Of a stretch of 34,641 nt of DNA, positions 1 through 9,456 are shown piece after piece. Below the pieces are notes generated by a model, which searched no databases, had not been told where the DNA came from, and was given only the letters and a program-made list of their open reading frames with translations. Position 1 is the stretch's first letter. Every line of letters starts with the position of its first letter. The DNA comes from an uncultured Petrotoga sp. Its GTDB lineage: Bacteria > Thermotogota > Thermotogae > Petrotogales > Petrotogaceae. Made by a program: the position numbers and the translations under genes. Where the stretch lies: positions 1-34,641 of the forward strand of contig CALMRR010000368.1 of the NCBI GenBank assembly GCA_937871925.1, in the 5' to 3' direction.

Positions 1-304
1 TTATTTCATCAAAAATCCCGCCTATATATCCACTAAGTGCTCCTATAAGCACTCCGAAGACTAATCCGATGGAAACGGCGAGTGCTCCCACAAAAAAAGC
101 GGTCTGTGAGCCGCTCATAACTCTTGATAGTATATCACGCCCGAAGTTGTCAGTTCCAAAGAAATGTTTAGGAGAAGGCGGACTGAATCTTTCTTTAATG
201 TTCATCTGTGTAACTGGATACGGAGTATAGAAAATACTTACCGTCATCATAGCCAGAAGAAATATTAGTATGACTGCCCCGATTGTTATGTTGGTTTTTT
301 TCAT
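1..304 (-). CDS. ABC transporter permease, OppC/DppC type (N-terminal ~101 codons; gene continues past the left window edge)
   Basis: Absent from the ORF track because no stop lies in the window. ATG at 304..302. Hand translation: MKKTNITIGAVILIFLLAMMTVSIFYTPYP...KHFFGTDNFGRDILSRVMSGSQTAFFVGALAVSIGLVFGVLIGALSGYIGG. This gives an N-terminal TM helix plus the GTDxxGRD segment typical of OppC/DppC permeases. Only a 7-nt gap separates it from the upstream DppB-like gene. Confidence 0.85.
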   Translation of the reverse strand, partial: MKKTNITIGAVILIFLLAMMTVSIFYTPYPVTQMNIKERFSPPSPKHFFGTDNFGRDILSRVMSGSQTAFFVGALAVSIGLVFGVLIGALSGYIGGIFDEI

Positions 305-311
305 GCTTCAC

Positions 312-1253
312 CTAGTTGAATCTTATACGCGGATCAATTATCGTATAAAAAATATCAATAATAAAATTTATTATTACTATCATCACCGATATGTATACTA
401 TTATGCCCTGAACAAGCGGAAGATCTCTTGTAGTAATGGCATTTATAAGTAACCGTCCGATGCCGGGAAGAGAAAATACCTGTTCTATTATTATACTTCC
501 TCCCAGAATAGTTGCGGTAATCATCCCAAGTATGGTTATTACAGGAATTATTGCATTCTTTAGTATATGTCTTGAAAGAACCTGTGATGTTGAGAGCCCT
601 TTGGAGTATGCAGTCTTGACATACTCCTTTTTCATCTCATCCAGAACCATATTTTTCATATATCTTATAACTGTTGCTATATTTGGTATTGCTATGGATA
701 CCGCCGGAAGAGTCAGTGATTTTATGCACAGCAAAGGATTTTCACTCCAGGATACATAACCGCTTATCGAAAACCACTTTAGAACTATACCAAAAAGAAA
801 CATAAGCAGTATGCCTGTCCAAAACGACGGAACTGCCATACCTATCTGTGAAATAAAGGATATAAACAGTCCCGGTATCTTGTTGTTATATCTGGCACTT
901 ACTATTCCAAGGGGAACTCCCACAAAAATTATTAACAAAAGTGAGATAAGTGCAAGAATGAAAGTAACTGAAATTCTGCTGAGGATAAGATCAGAAACAG
1001 GGACAGAGTATCTGAACGACTGTCCCATATTACCTGTAAAAACACCTTTAAGCCAGATAAAATATCTTGTGGCCAAGGGTTTATTAAGATTTAATTCTTC
1101 CTTCAGAGCCTCTATCTGTGCCTGGTCTGCATCAACTCCAAGTCTTGACAAAACCGGATCACCCGGAATAATCTGAAAAGATACGAAAGTAATTACAGTG
1201 ACTGCAAGTATTGTAATAATCATGGAAAATCCTTTTTTCAGATAAAAATACAT
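312..1253 (-). CDS. ABC transporter permease, OppB/DppB type
   Basis: 313 aa and polytopic. The N-terminus ...ILAVTVITFVSFQIIPGDPV and the internal YVKTAYSKGLS...HILKNA (EAA-loop region) are typical of peptide/nickel ABC permeases. It lies between the binding-protein gene and the DppC-like gene. Confidence 0.9.
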   Translation of the reverse strand: MYFYLKKGFSMIITILAVTVITFVSFQIIPGDPVLSRLGVDADQAQIEALKEELNLNKPLATRYFIWLKGVFTGNMGQSFRYSVPVSDLILSRISVTFILALISLLLIIFVGVPLGIVSARYNNKIPGLFISFISQIGMAVPSFWTGILLMFLFGIVLKWFSISGYVSWSENPLLCIKSLTLPAVSIAIPNIATVIRYMKNMVLDEMKKEYVKTAYSKGLSTSQVLSRHILKNAIIPVITILGMITATILGGSIIIEQVFSLPGIGRLLINAITTRDLPLVQGIIVYISVMIVIINFIIDIFYTIIDPRIRFN

Positions 1254-1263
1254 TTAAAATCTC

Positions 1264-2739
1264 CTATTTGGCAGTATATATAACCGACATATCCTGTATA
1301 TAAAGAGGATATACAGTATATCCTTTAATCTCCTTTTTCATGACATTTATAAAGTTCGGATCCATTATGTAAACAGCAACTGCATCTTTGGTAAGAATTT
1401 CCTGTGCCTGTTTGTAAAGTTCTGTTGCTTTTTCATCGTCTGTTTCTTTTATTGCCTGTTTTATTATATCATCATACAAAGGATTTGAATAGTTATAGAA
1501 GTTTCTTGAAAAGTCCGATACATATCTCTTTAGTATATCGTAGGCACTTAGTTTACCTGTAAGTCCGATTATTGTGGATTCATACTTTCTGTTGGCATAT
1601 ACCCGTTCAAGCCATACTCCCCATTCTACCTGTTCTATTTCTGCTATTATTCCAATTTTTTTGAGCTGCTCTACAATAATCTGAGCGGTATCAACATGGA
1701 ACTTATAGTTTGAAGGAACTGTTATGGTTGTCTTAAATCCGTTTGGATAACCTGCCTGTCTGAGAAGTTCCTTTGCTTTTGCTATGTCTTTCTGGTAGTA
1801 ATTCTCCAGCCCCTGACGATAGTATTTTTTCATAACAGGGCTCATATTGGAACCGAGCTTAGTACCATATCCCAATGCAACTGCGTCTATTATTTCATCC
1901 TTGTCTACAGCATAGTTTATAGCTTGTCTCACCCTCACATCGGAAAAGTATTTGTTATGATGATTGAGCGCTAGTAGCTGAACCATATTCTGTTCGGACT
2001 TTATTACCTGGAAGTTGTCAGAAAGAAGATCAAGCTGAAGTACATCTATTCTGGGAGACATGTCTATTTCACCGGAAAGCAACGCCAATAAAGCAGCTTG
2101 GTCATCCGTTATTATCCTGAACTCTACTTCATCTATCATGGGAACACCTTTTTTCCAATAATCAGAGAATTTTTGGATGACTACTCTCTGTCCGGGAAGA
2201 TATTCCTTAAATTTAAAAGGACCTGTGCCTATAGGATTTTTATTCGGATCGATATTATTTTTGGGAATTATAGCAACAGTGAAGTTGGTTATAAAGGATG
2301 TGTTCAGTTCTTTCATGCTGACCACAACCGTTTCTTTATCAGTAGCCTTTACATCTTTTATAAAACTGCTGAAAGTGGAAGAAAGAGGTTTCTCGTTGTT
2401 TGCGCCGCGCAGCCTGTCAAGAGAGTAGATTATATCATCAACAGTCACAAGTGCTCCGTTGTGGAATTTTATTCCTTTTCTGAGCTTGAAAGTATACACA
2501 AGTCCGTCAGGAGAAACACTGTATCTTTCCGCAACAGCAGGCACTACATTTCCGTTGGAATCTGCCTTCAAAAGCCCTTCAAAAACATTGAACATCATTT
2601 CTTCAGTTCCTGAGGCAGCGGCTTTGTGGGGATCAAGAAAGTCAGGATCCTGAGGAACTCTTACCACTACTTTGGCTGAAAAGATAAAAACAGGAAGCAT
2701 TATCATAATAACTACTAATAGAAGTCTTATTTTTTTCAT
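1264..2739 (-). CDS. ABC transporter substrate-binding protein, family 5 (peptide/nickel type)
   Basis: 491 aa with N-terminal signal peptide MKKIRLLLVVIMIMLPVFIFSA and no lipobox Cys. Family-5 SBP-like segments are visible (FNVFEGLLK, GTGPFKFKEY, DPN...). It is the first gene of the SBP-permease-permease operon. Confidence 0.9.
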   Translation of the reverse strand: MKKIRLLLVVIMIMLPVFIFSAKVVVRVPQDPDFLDPHKAAASGTEEMMFNVFEGLLKADSNGNVVPAVAERYSVSPDGLVYTFKLRKGIKFHNGALVTVDDIIYSLDRLRGANNEKPLSSTFSSFIKDVKATDKETVVVSMKELNTSFITNFTVAIIPKNNIDPNKNPIGTGPFKFKEYLPGQRVVIQKFSDYWKKGVPMIDEVEFRIITDDQAALLALLSGEIDMSPRIDVLQLDLLSDNFQVIKSEQNMVQLLALNHHNKYFSDVRVRQAINYAVDKDEIIDAVALGYGTKLGSNMSPVMKKYYRQGLENYYQKDIAKAKELLRQAGYPNGFKTTITVPSNYKFHVDTAQIIVEQLKKIGIIAEIEQVEWGVWLERVYANRKYESTIIGLTGKLSAYDILKRYVSDFSRNFYNYSNPLYDDIIKQAIKETDDEKATELYKQAQEILTKDAVAVYIMDPNFINVMKKEIKGYTVYPLYIQDMSVIYTAK

Positions 2740-2761
2740 ATGATCCCTCCTAATAAAGAAT

Positions 2762-3493
2762 TTATATATCTAAATATCTTATATTCTCTGCAAGAATGAC
2801 AGGCCCATTATACTTTTCACGTGCCTGTACAGCCAGAACCTTATGATCTCCGTAATGCGGAAGATGAGTAAGAACTAATCTGCCTACTCTGCATTTTGCT
2901 GCTAGCAGTCCGCATTCACCGGCTGTCATGTGACCTTTAACAACATTGTAAAATTCATTGTATAATGAACTCTCACACAGAAGGACATCGCAATCTCGCG
3001 CAAAGTCAACCAGTTCGTCACACCACTGTGTATCAGAAGTATAAACTAATGAGCTTTGACCGCTTAAAACTTTTACAGCATAAGCACTTTTAACATGGCT
3101 GTTCTTGAGAAACGAGACATGAATTGAATCTATATCCAACGTGTTAAGAGAATTGATTTCAAAAGCAACAGATGCCTGTTCATACTTCATTTTTTCAAAG
3201 TACTCATCATCGGCAGGAGCATATATTCTTAACGGTTCTTTTCTCCTTCCAAGCTGCATTGCTACAAGACTAAGATGCTGCATGCAGAAAATATCCGAAA
3301 AATGATCTGCATGAAAATGCGTTATGATAATATGATTTATTATGTTTGGGTCAATATGCTCATATATTTTTGTCAGCACTCCGCTGCCACAGTCCAGAAG
3401 AATAGATGTTTCATTCTGTGTAATCAGATATCCCGAGCATGGTTTACCATTGCCGGGATAAGCTCCGCAACAGCCTATTATATCCAGCCTCAT
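2762..3493 (-). CDS. MBL-fold metallo-hydrolase
   Basis: Contains the HxHxDH metal motif (IITHFHADHFSD), later HVKSAY and a TH...H region; 243 aa. Substrate unknown. Confidence 0.8.
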   Translation of the reverse strand: MRLDIIGCCGAYPGNGKPCSGYLITQNETSILLDCGSGVLTKIYEHIDPNIINHIIITHFHADHFSDIFCMQHLSLVAMQLGRRKEPLRIYAPADDEYFEKMKYEQASVAFEINSLNTLDIDSIHVSFLKNSHVKSAYAVKVLSGQSSLVYTSDTQWCDELVDFARDCDVLLCESSLYNEFYNVVKGHMTAGECGLLAAKCRVGRLVLTHLPHYGDHKVLAVQAREKYNGPVILAENIRYLDI

Positions 3494-3592
3494 TAATATC
3501 AGTCCGCCTATAGCTAAGCATGCAGCACTTCTTTGTTTTCTTTCTATATTATATACTATTCTTTTTTTTATAACTTTAACATATATTAAGAT

Positions 3593-4192
3593 TTATTTCA
3601 TCTGACGGACCATTATACCCAAAACATCGTATATGCTTGTGCCTATTATTTTCTCAAAATATGTTTTTATTTCAAATATCTTCTTCCATTTTGGAATAGT
3701 AAGTTCATTAAATCCATATCTCATGGCTACATCAACGAGTCTCTGTTCAATTATGCAAAGCCCGTCCGCAAGTGCAAGACAGTCGCAAAGCTGTATCAAA
3801 AGATCGTAATCGTCGTACTGTACATTTTCAATATATGTACGTATAAAATCAAGCTCAGCATCGGTACAATCGTACTCTCCAAGATAAGTGTTCAGATTTT
3901 TAAGAGCAAAGGAATGCGTCATAGATATTTTGGCTGTTCCATCGTATTCAAGTGACATCATATACTCATACCCGCAGATTATGTGATGAAGATTCCTAAC
4001 TCCCTCGCGTCTTCCTATATCATGCAAAAGACCTGCTGTATACGCTTTTTCCGGATCTAATCCTTTTATATTTCCGGCTATTTTCTCAGCGGCATAAGCT
4101 GTGTTTTTTGAATGCTCGATCCACTTTCCCGGATTCATTTTTGAAGCTTGATTGAGTATATCGTGAGCGGTTTTTCTATCTGGTGTTTTCAT
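3593..4192 (-). CDS. HD-domain phosphohydrolase-family protein
   Basis: H...HD signature (GLLHDIGR) about 55 aa from the N-terminus; 199 aa; GGAGGA RBS directly upstream on the minus strand. Confidence 0.75.
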   Translation of the reverse strand: MKTPDRKTAHDILNQASKMNPGKWIEHSKNTAYAAEKIAGNIKGLDPEKAYTAGLLHDIGRREGVRNLHHIICGYEYMMSLEYDGTAKISMTHSFALKNLNTYLGEYDCTDAELDFIRTYIENVQYDDYDLLIQLCDCLALADGLCIIEQRLVDVAMRYGFNELTIPKWKKIFEIKTYFEKIIGTSIYDVLGIMVRQMK

Positions 4193-4250
4193 TTATGTTT
4201 TCCTCCGGGTATACTTTATGGTTTTTATAGTGATATTATAACTTGACTTT

Positions 4251-4259
4251 TGCTATAAT
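4251..4259 (+). promoter_or_regulatory. Extended -10 promoter element TGcTATAAT upstream of the nitroreductase gene
   Basis: TG at 4251-4252 and TATAAT at 4254-4259. The same tttgctataatt string recurs at 7127-7138. Confidence 0.5.
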
Positions 4260-4354
4260 TTAAATGCATCGGAACTTTTATCTGTATAAATTTTTTATGG
4301 GAAAATATATATTATTTTAAGGGAGGGATTTTTATCCGACTTAATATCGAACAA

Positions 4355-5083
4355 ATGCGTAAATTTGTCAGCAACGAGATTTTTGATGAATATGACGAGG
4401 AAACAGACCAGCAAAAAAAGATACCTCAGCCGCCTTTGGAAAAGCCTTATCCGCAGGAAAGCAGGCTCTTTGACCTTGTTTCTCCGCAAGAGTTCAAGGT
4501 TCCGAGTCTTTCACTGACTGAGCTGCTGAAAAACAGAAAAAGCAGAAGAGCTTTTAAGAACACTCCTTTGTCTTTAAATGAGCTTTCATTTCTTCTGTGG
4601 AGTACTCAGGGTATAAAAGAGATCATAAGAAACGGATACGCATCTTTGAAAACAGTTCCTTCGGCAGGCGCAAGGCATGCTTTTGAAACATACCTTTATA
4701 TTAGAAATGTTGAAGGCTTTGAAGAAGGTGTTTACAGATATCTTCCGATAGAGCATAAGCTGTTTCTTTCTTATACTCAGCCTGATCTTTCGCAAAAAAT
4801 TATCGAAGGTTGCTATGGTCAGCATATGGCAGGCGAATCTGCAGTTACTTTTATCTGGAGCGTTATTCCGTACAGAATGGAATGGAGATATGCTAAAAGC
4901 TCTTATAAACTGCTTCTTCTGGATGCCGGACATGTCTGTCAGAATCTTTATCTTGCATGTGAAAATATAACCTGCGGAACATGTGCCATAGGCGCCTACT
5001 CTCAAAAGCTTATGGATAATTTTATAAAAGCTGACGGAAAAGAAGAATTTGTAATATACATGGCTCCGGTTGGAAAGTATTAA
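4355..5083 (+). CDS. SagB/ThcOx-type nitroreductase-family dehydrogenase
   Basis: RKSRRAF...LSLNELSFLLWSTQGI...PSAGARHAFETYLYIRNVEG...GVYRYLP..H.L matches the SagB-type dehydrogenase domain pattern. No cyclodehydratase or precursor peptide is visible nearby, so it looks stand-alone. Confidence 0.75.
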   Translation: MRKFVSNEIFDEYDEETDQQKKIPQPPLEKPYPQESRLFDLVSPQEFKVPSLSLTELLKNRKSRRAFKNTPLSLNELSFLLWSTQGIKEIIRNGYASLKTVPSAGARHAFETYLYIRNVEGFEEGVYRYLPIEHKLFLSYTQPDLSQKIIEGCYGQHMAGESAVTFIWSVIPYRMEWRYAKSSYKLLLLDAGHVCQNLYLACENITCGTCAIGAYSQKLMDNFIKADGKEEFVIYMAPVGKY

Positions 5084-5107
5084 AAAAAGCTGAGAAGTTA
5101 AACTCTC

Positions 5108-7078
5108 TCAGCTTTTTATCTTCTTCATGTTTATCCATAAAGCATCGTATGAAATTATTGGATTATTGGGATTTCTTATATCCAGAATGAAAAAACCGTT
5201 TTCTCCGTCTGCCACATATGCGTAATTCGATTTCACAAATATACTTGAGGCAAATCCTCCTGTTTTTACAGAAGTAACATAAAATGGCTTTTTTGGATCC
5301 CTTATATTGAATATTTTTATTCCGTCTTCACCACAGGCCAGCAAGGCATAGTTGTTGTATATTTCAAGATCCTGAACTCCTATAGTGTACTTTTTTCCTA
5401 TATTATCTTCATAATCAGCGCTGCCTATAACCTTCATAGTTCTCATATCAAAAATATCCAAAACAGTAAAGGCTTTCATCCGTTCATAACCTTGTATATC
5501 TGTAAGTCCCATATATAGATAATAGCGATCGAAGTATGGAGAGCTTACGGGACTTACCCATCCGATTCCTATATCCTGAAATCTTTTAATACATAAAGGT
5601 TTTTCTACTTCTGATATATCAAATATTTTTATGAAGCCCGACTTTATTCCGCCTGAGCTGGTTCTGTAACCTGAAAGTATAAGATACTTGTCGCTTATTC
5701 TTATATTTTTTATGATCTCTCCGTTATTCACTTCACTTATATCAGTGATGCTGGAAATCTGTTTTATGTTTTCAGGGTCGGATACATTGTACACCTTTAC
5801 AGTATTGCCTTGTGCCATAAACAACATGTCTGCTTTTAAATAAATACTATTTTTCAATGTTGCTTCAGCAACATATCCAAGTTTTTTTGGAGTAAGCGGG
5901 TCGGACAGATCGTATATACTTATTCCGGATCTGTCAAGCATAGCATAAAGCCTCTTTCCTTCAAGAAAAAGTGCCTCAAAGCTGCCTGTGTCATCAACTG
6001 TTTTTACATACTTCGATTTTTTAACGTTTGATACATCGTATATTTTGATTCCTTTATTAGAATCAGCTATATAAGCGTATTTACCGTATACAACGATATC
6101 TCTTGCCTCTCCGTTTATAAATGAAAAATCCTGTTTTGTTATTGATGGTGAATAAATATCTGAAATATCCAGTACAACAAGTCCGTCTTCACGTTCCAAA
6201 TCTGAATTTATTAGCAGCAACAACATATTTCCGCTGATGTAGAAAGTTTTTATATCATCGGAGTATAACTTTGTAAGATAGTTTACTCCACTTTCATAAT
6301 TTACCTTGAACATATATAATCCTTGCTCTTTGCAAAGAACAAAAAGTCTGTCACCATCCATGGCAAGCTCCGAAAAATCCCTTGGAAAACTGTACTTGCT
6401 TTTGAATAGCAGCTTTTTAGGATCAGTCACGTCAAAGATATATATAGCGCTGTTTATTTCCCCGGCAAAAAGCATATTATTATTGTAAAAAAGCTTTGAA
6501 GAATTAATTTTATAACGGCTGACCACTTTATATGTATCATCGTACGCTTGAATTACCTTGAGACCTTCACGTCCATCTGAAAGATATATGTAATCACCGT
6601 TTACCACATAAGAGGAAACATAGTCCTCTTCAAATATTTCATATAAAAACTTCATGTTCCTAGGGTCTTTTATGTCTATAACTGCAATTCCGCTTTTATC
6701 AAGAATACTGTCATAATAGTCTATGTAAGCTTTTTCTGTTGAAATCTCTATTTTTCTAAGGACATCGGCAAAATTCAATTTTCCTATAATTCTTGGTTTA
6801 AGAACATTAGAAATATCAATACAGACAACTCCAACGTTATCAGCAATAGCGTATACAACCTTTTCTCCCGGCGCAAGATCTTTTACATATCCTCCAAGGT
6901 TGAATGTACTCACAACCTTCATCTGCGAGATATCTGAAGCATCATATATAATCATCCCCTCGGGACCTGCAGGTGTATATACATACTTAACGTCACCGGC
7001 ATAAAGGAATTGACACATAAAAACAAGAACAATCATTATGGGTATATTATTTTTATTCATTTTTTCCATCACCTTCAT
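5108..7078 (-). CDS. Secreted LVIVD-repeat beta-propeller protein
   Basis: Signal peptide (NKNNIPIMIVLVFMCQFLYAG) followed by many blades of the type YAYVADGENGFFILDIRNPNNP, YAYIADSNKGIKIYDVSNVKK, ALLACGEDGIKIFNIRDPKKP, YIYLSDGREGLKVIQ, VYAIADNVGVVCIDISNVLKP. The true start may be the third in-frame ATG (7060), which has better AAGGTGA spacing. Confidence 0.7.
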   Translation of the reverse strand: MKVMEKMNKNNIPIMIVLVFMCQFLYAGDVKYVYTPAGPEGMIIYDASDISQMKVVSTFNLGGYVKDLAPGEKVVYAIADNVGVVCIDISNVLKPRIIGKLNFADVLRKIEISTEKAYIDYYDSILDKSGIAVIDIKDPRNMKFLYEIFEEDYVSSYVVNGDYIYLSDGREGLKVIQAYDDTYKVVSRYKINSSKLFYNNNMLFAGEINSAIYIFDVTDPKKLLFKSKYSFPRDFSELAMDGDRLFVLCKEQGLYMFKVNYESGVNYLTKLYSDDIKTFYISGNMLLLLINSDLEREDGLVVLDISDIYSPSITKQDFSFINGEARDIVVYGKYAYIADSNKGIKIYDVSNVKKSKYVKTVDDTGSFEALFLEGKRLYAMLDRSGISIYDLSDPLTPKKLGYVAEATLKNSIYLKADMLFMAQGNTVKVYNVSDPENIKQISSITDISEVNNGEIIKNIRISDKYLILSGYRTSSGGIKSGFIKIFDISEVEKPLCIKRFQDIGIGWVSPVSSPYFDRYYLYMGLTDIQGYERMKAFTVLDIFDMRTMKVIGSADYEDNIGKKYTIGVQDLEIYNNYALLACGEDGIKIFNIRDPKKPFYVTSVKTGGFASSIFVKSNYAYVADGENGFFILDIRNPNNPIISYDALWINMKKIKS

Positions 7079-7128
7079 TTTCCCCTTATACTATATATTA
7101 ATTTAAAACTTTGAAGGGTTTATTAAAT

Positions 7129-7137
7129 TTGCTATAA
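7129..7137 (+). promoter_or_regulatory. Extended -10 promoter element TGcTATAAT upstream of SLT-like paralog A
   Basis: TG at 7129-7130 and TATAAT at 7132-7137, in the 71-bp divergent gap between the LVIVD gene and paralog A. Confidence 0.5.
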
Positions 7138-7149
7138 TTATAATGACCA

Positions 7150-8247
7150 TTGGAAAATCATTGTTTTAAAAATAATAGAAAGGGACGTGGGCAAAATGAA
7201 AAGAATTTTTTTTCTTCGTGCGATATGTTAATAAACATTATAAAAAAACCTGAAGAAGAAAATTTTAAGGGTCTTACCAAAACCCAGGAAGAGAAGCTTG
7301 TCAGATATGCTTATACAGCATACAATAAAGGTTACAACTATACCTTCGAACAGATTAAAGGATTTGCCGATGATCCTAAGTATACAGCCGACGACAACGT
7401 ACTTGCTTTTTATAAGTACCTAAATGGAGAGGTAACCTTAGACAGTATAAAAACACGTTCTGAAGATAGAGCAAGCGATAATTATGATTCAAGGGTAGCT
7501 GATTACATAAAAGATATTTATTCACAACTTTCAGGTTCCTTGTCAAACCAAAACGGAGAAGGTATTTTTAATAAGTTTGATGATGAGGTTCCTGTGAAAG
7601 CAAATGCATACAGAGCTGCCCATAGAAATGATTTTAATCCTGCTGTAATTCCTTTTTCAAATCGTACCTTCCTTGTCACCAGAGTAAAGGATCTGCTTGA
7701 TTACTATAAAACAAGCTCTTTATTTTTCAAAACACATTTTGCAACAGTATTTACCGAATCCGTTGATACCTTTGATACCCAAAAGTATTCAGAAATGCTT
7801 GTTGACCTTTCTTATGCCTATACAGGATCGAACCTTTCATTTACAAGCAGTATAGACGATTCATTTTTTCGTTCAAGTGTTATAATAAAGGATATACCGG
7901 TAGAAATGATTCTTGCTTTTTTTGTTCAGGAATCAAGACTTCTTCCCGGATCGTTCAGGGCAGAGATCTCATCTTCGAAAATATATGCTGTCTCATTCGG
8001 ACTTGCACATACTCTTATAGATGCAGATTTTCTTGAAATATCTGCAATTTATTCTGATATTGGAGATGACAGTGCCGGCGGACGTAACTTTGATATTATA
8101 TCAAGTCGTTATCTTGGCAATACGGCTAAGCAGAAAACTTACTTCAGTGATTATGACCTGCTAACCGTAAGAGGATCTCTGCTTTATTCTTCGATATTCA
8201 CACAGTTGCTTTATCAAAAGCTTATCGCTTATAAAGATAGTTTTTAA
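7150..8247 (+). CDS. Hypothetical protein, paralog A: unknown N-terminal domain plus degenerate lytic-transglycosylase-like C-terminal domain
   Basis: Clearly paralogous to 8266..9456. Shared blocks: YNKGYN, VLA(F/Y)YKY, DIP.E.ILAF.V.ESRL.P.SFR, YAVS.GL.H.LIDAD.LEI, DLLTVRGS.LY.SI. No signal peptide is present. The start is uncertain: TTG at 7150 or ATG at 7225. Confidence 0.6.
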   Translation: MENHCFKNNRKGRGQNEKNFFSSCDMLINIIKKPEEENFKGLTKTQEEKLVRYAYTAYNKGYNYTFEQIKGFADDPKYTADDNVLAFYKYLNGEVTLDSIKTRSEDRASDNYDSRVADYIKDIYSQLSGSLSNQNGEGIFNKFDDEVPVKANAYRAAHRNDFNPAVIPFSNRTFLVTRVKDLLDYYKTSSLFFKTHFATVFTESVDTFDTQKYSEMLVDLSYAYTGSNLSFTSSIDDSFFRSSVIIKDIPVEMILAFFVQESRLLPGSFRAEISSSKIYAVSFGLAHTLIDADFLEISAIYSDIGDDSAGGRNFDIISSRYLGNTAKQKTYFSDYDLLTVRGSLLYSSIFTQLLYQKLIAYKDSF

Positions 8248-8265
8248 TCTGTTCGGAGGTGTTTT

Positions 8266-9456
8266 TTGAAAAAATTTTTGTTTTTTGCAGCTATATTTTT
8301 GGTATTCTTCTCCATTGTTTTTTCAAACGATGCGGAAAATCAGGTGATAAGTTTCAGAGATCCTCGGGCTATATTCTCACATCCGACAGAAAGGGATAAT
8401 TTCATACGATACATGGCCGTAATGTATAATAAAGGGTATAATCTTTCTTTTGAAACAGCAAAATCAATTTCGGAAGGATCCGGTTATACGTACGACGACT
8501 TTGTTCTTGCATATTACAAGTACTTTATAGGCGAACTTAATCTTGTCCAGGTTAAAGACTTAAAAACTTATGTAAATGTTGGTACTGTAACATCCGCATC
8601 TACTCCGACAACTGCCCCAAAACCAACAGAAACCAAGCCTGTTGAAAAACAACCTGAGGTTTTAAACTATAGAGATGACGTAAAAGAATATGTTAGCAGG
8701 ATATTCGAGTCTTTTATTGATGCCCGTTCTAACTGTAAATCCAGTGGCATGCTTGATTATTTCGATGAGCTTGTTCCTGTAGATAATACTTATTACAGAG
8801 AGTTGTATAAGCTTAAGTATAATCCGGTTCTTAAAGATGATTATCCTGAACGTACCGATCTGGTTTTCAGAATGAATAAGCTGATGGATTATTATTTTGA
8901 GTTGAGTGCTTCGTCTTTTAAGAGTTGGTTTGCTTATATTTTTCCCGGTAAAAAATTTTCTGAGCAGGATATAAATGCTTATTCAAAGTATCTTGTGGAT
9001 GTTGCATATGCATACAGTAATAGTTTTTTAACCTTTTACAGTCCTGTAGTTCCTATGGAAAGTTTTTTTAAACAAAAGGTTATTATTTATGATATTCCAG
9101 CTGAGCTTATACTTGCTTTTCTTGTTGCAGAATCAAGACTGGTTCCTTTTTCTTTTCGTGTAGAGCAAAAGGGTAATTATGCCTATGCTGTTTCTATGGG
9201 TTTATCCCATATTCTGATAGATGCTGATCTTTTAGAAATTGATTATCCTGAATTTGGTAATAGAAAAGTTGATAGATATACTTTTGATTTTATATCTTCC
9301 TACTATCTTGGAAATTCCTTTGGAAAAGAAGATATATTCAGTGATATGGATCTTCTTACCGTAAGAGGTTCTACGCTTTACTGTTCGATAATGCTTGAAC
9401 TGATTTATCAGAGACTTTATGATTATTATTATAGTGTCTATTTTCTTGGTCAGTAA
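8266..9456 (+). CDS. Secreted hypothetical protein, paralog B: unknown N-terminal domain, Thr/Pro linker, degenerate lytic-transglycosylase-like C-terminal domain
   Basis: TTG start 5 nt after GGAGGTG. Signal peptide MKKFLFFAAIFLVFFSIVFS. TSASTPTTAPKPTETKPVEKQPE linker. IPAELILAFLVAESRLVPFSF...YAVSMGLSHILID resembles the SLT motifs (IP.ELLLAII.QES.FNP ... GLMQ). Confidence 0.7.
   Translation: MKKFLFFAAIFLVFFSIVFSNDAENQVISFRDPRAIFSHPTERDNFIRYMAVMYNKGYNLSFETAKSISEGSGYTYDDFVLAYYKYFIGELNLVQVKDLKTYVNVGTVTSASTPTTAPKPTETKPVEKQPEVLNYRDDVKEYVSRIFESFIDARSNCKSSGMLDYFDELVPVDNTYYRELYKLKYNPVLKDDYPERTDLVFRMNKLMDYYFELSASSFKSWFAYIFPGKKFSEQDINAYSKYLVDVAYAYSNSFLTFYSPVVPMESFFKQKVIIYDIPAELILAFLVAESRLVPFSFRVEQKGNYAYAVSMGLSHILIDADLLEIDYPEFGNRKVDRYTFDFISSYYLGNSFGKEDIFSDMDLLTVRGSTLYCSIMLELIYQRLYDYYYSVYFLGQ

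Noticed and set aside
436-2653. Several plus-strand ORFs (436..759, 811..1176, 2098..2613, 2177..2428, 2459..2653)
   Set aside because: All are antisense shadows of the ABC permease and binding-protein genes, whose family motifs are clear on the minus strand.
4318-4357. Strong SD-like AAGGGAGGG located 28 nt upstream of the nitroreductase ATG, hinting at a non-ATG start (in-frame ATC at 4334)
   Set aside because: ATC starts are very rare, and I cannot distinguish this from a coincidental purine run. The ATG at 4355 is kept.
7196-7231. Mini-ORF MKRIFFLRAIC-stop with an RBS and a T8 tract (7206-7213) just upstream of paralog A; possible phase-variable homopolymer restoring a signal peptide
   Set aside because: Adding one T would join the ATG at 7196 to the long frame. 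The resulting N-terminus (MKRIFFSSCDML...) has too short a hydrophobic core for a convincing signal or lipoprotein peptide, so I cannot support phase variation. I noted it only as a possible relic of the duplication.
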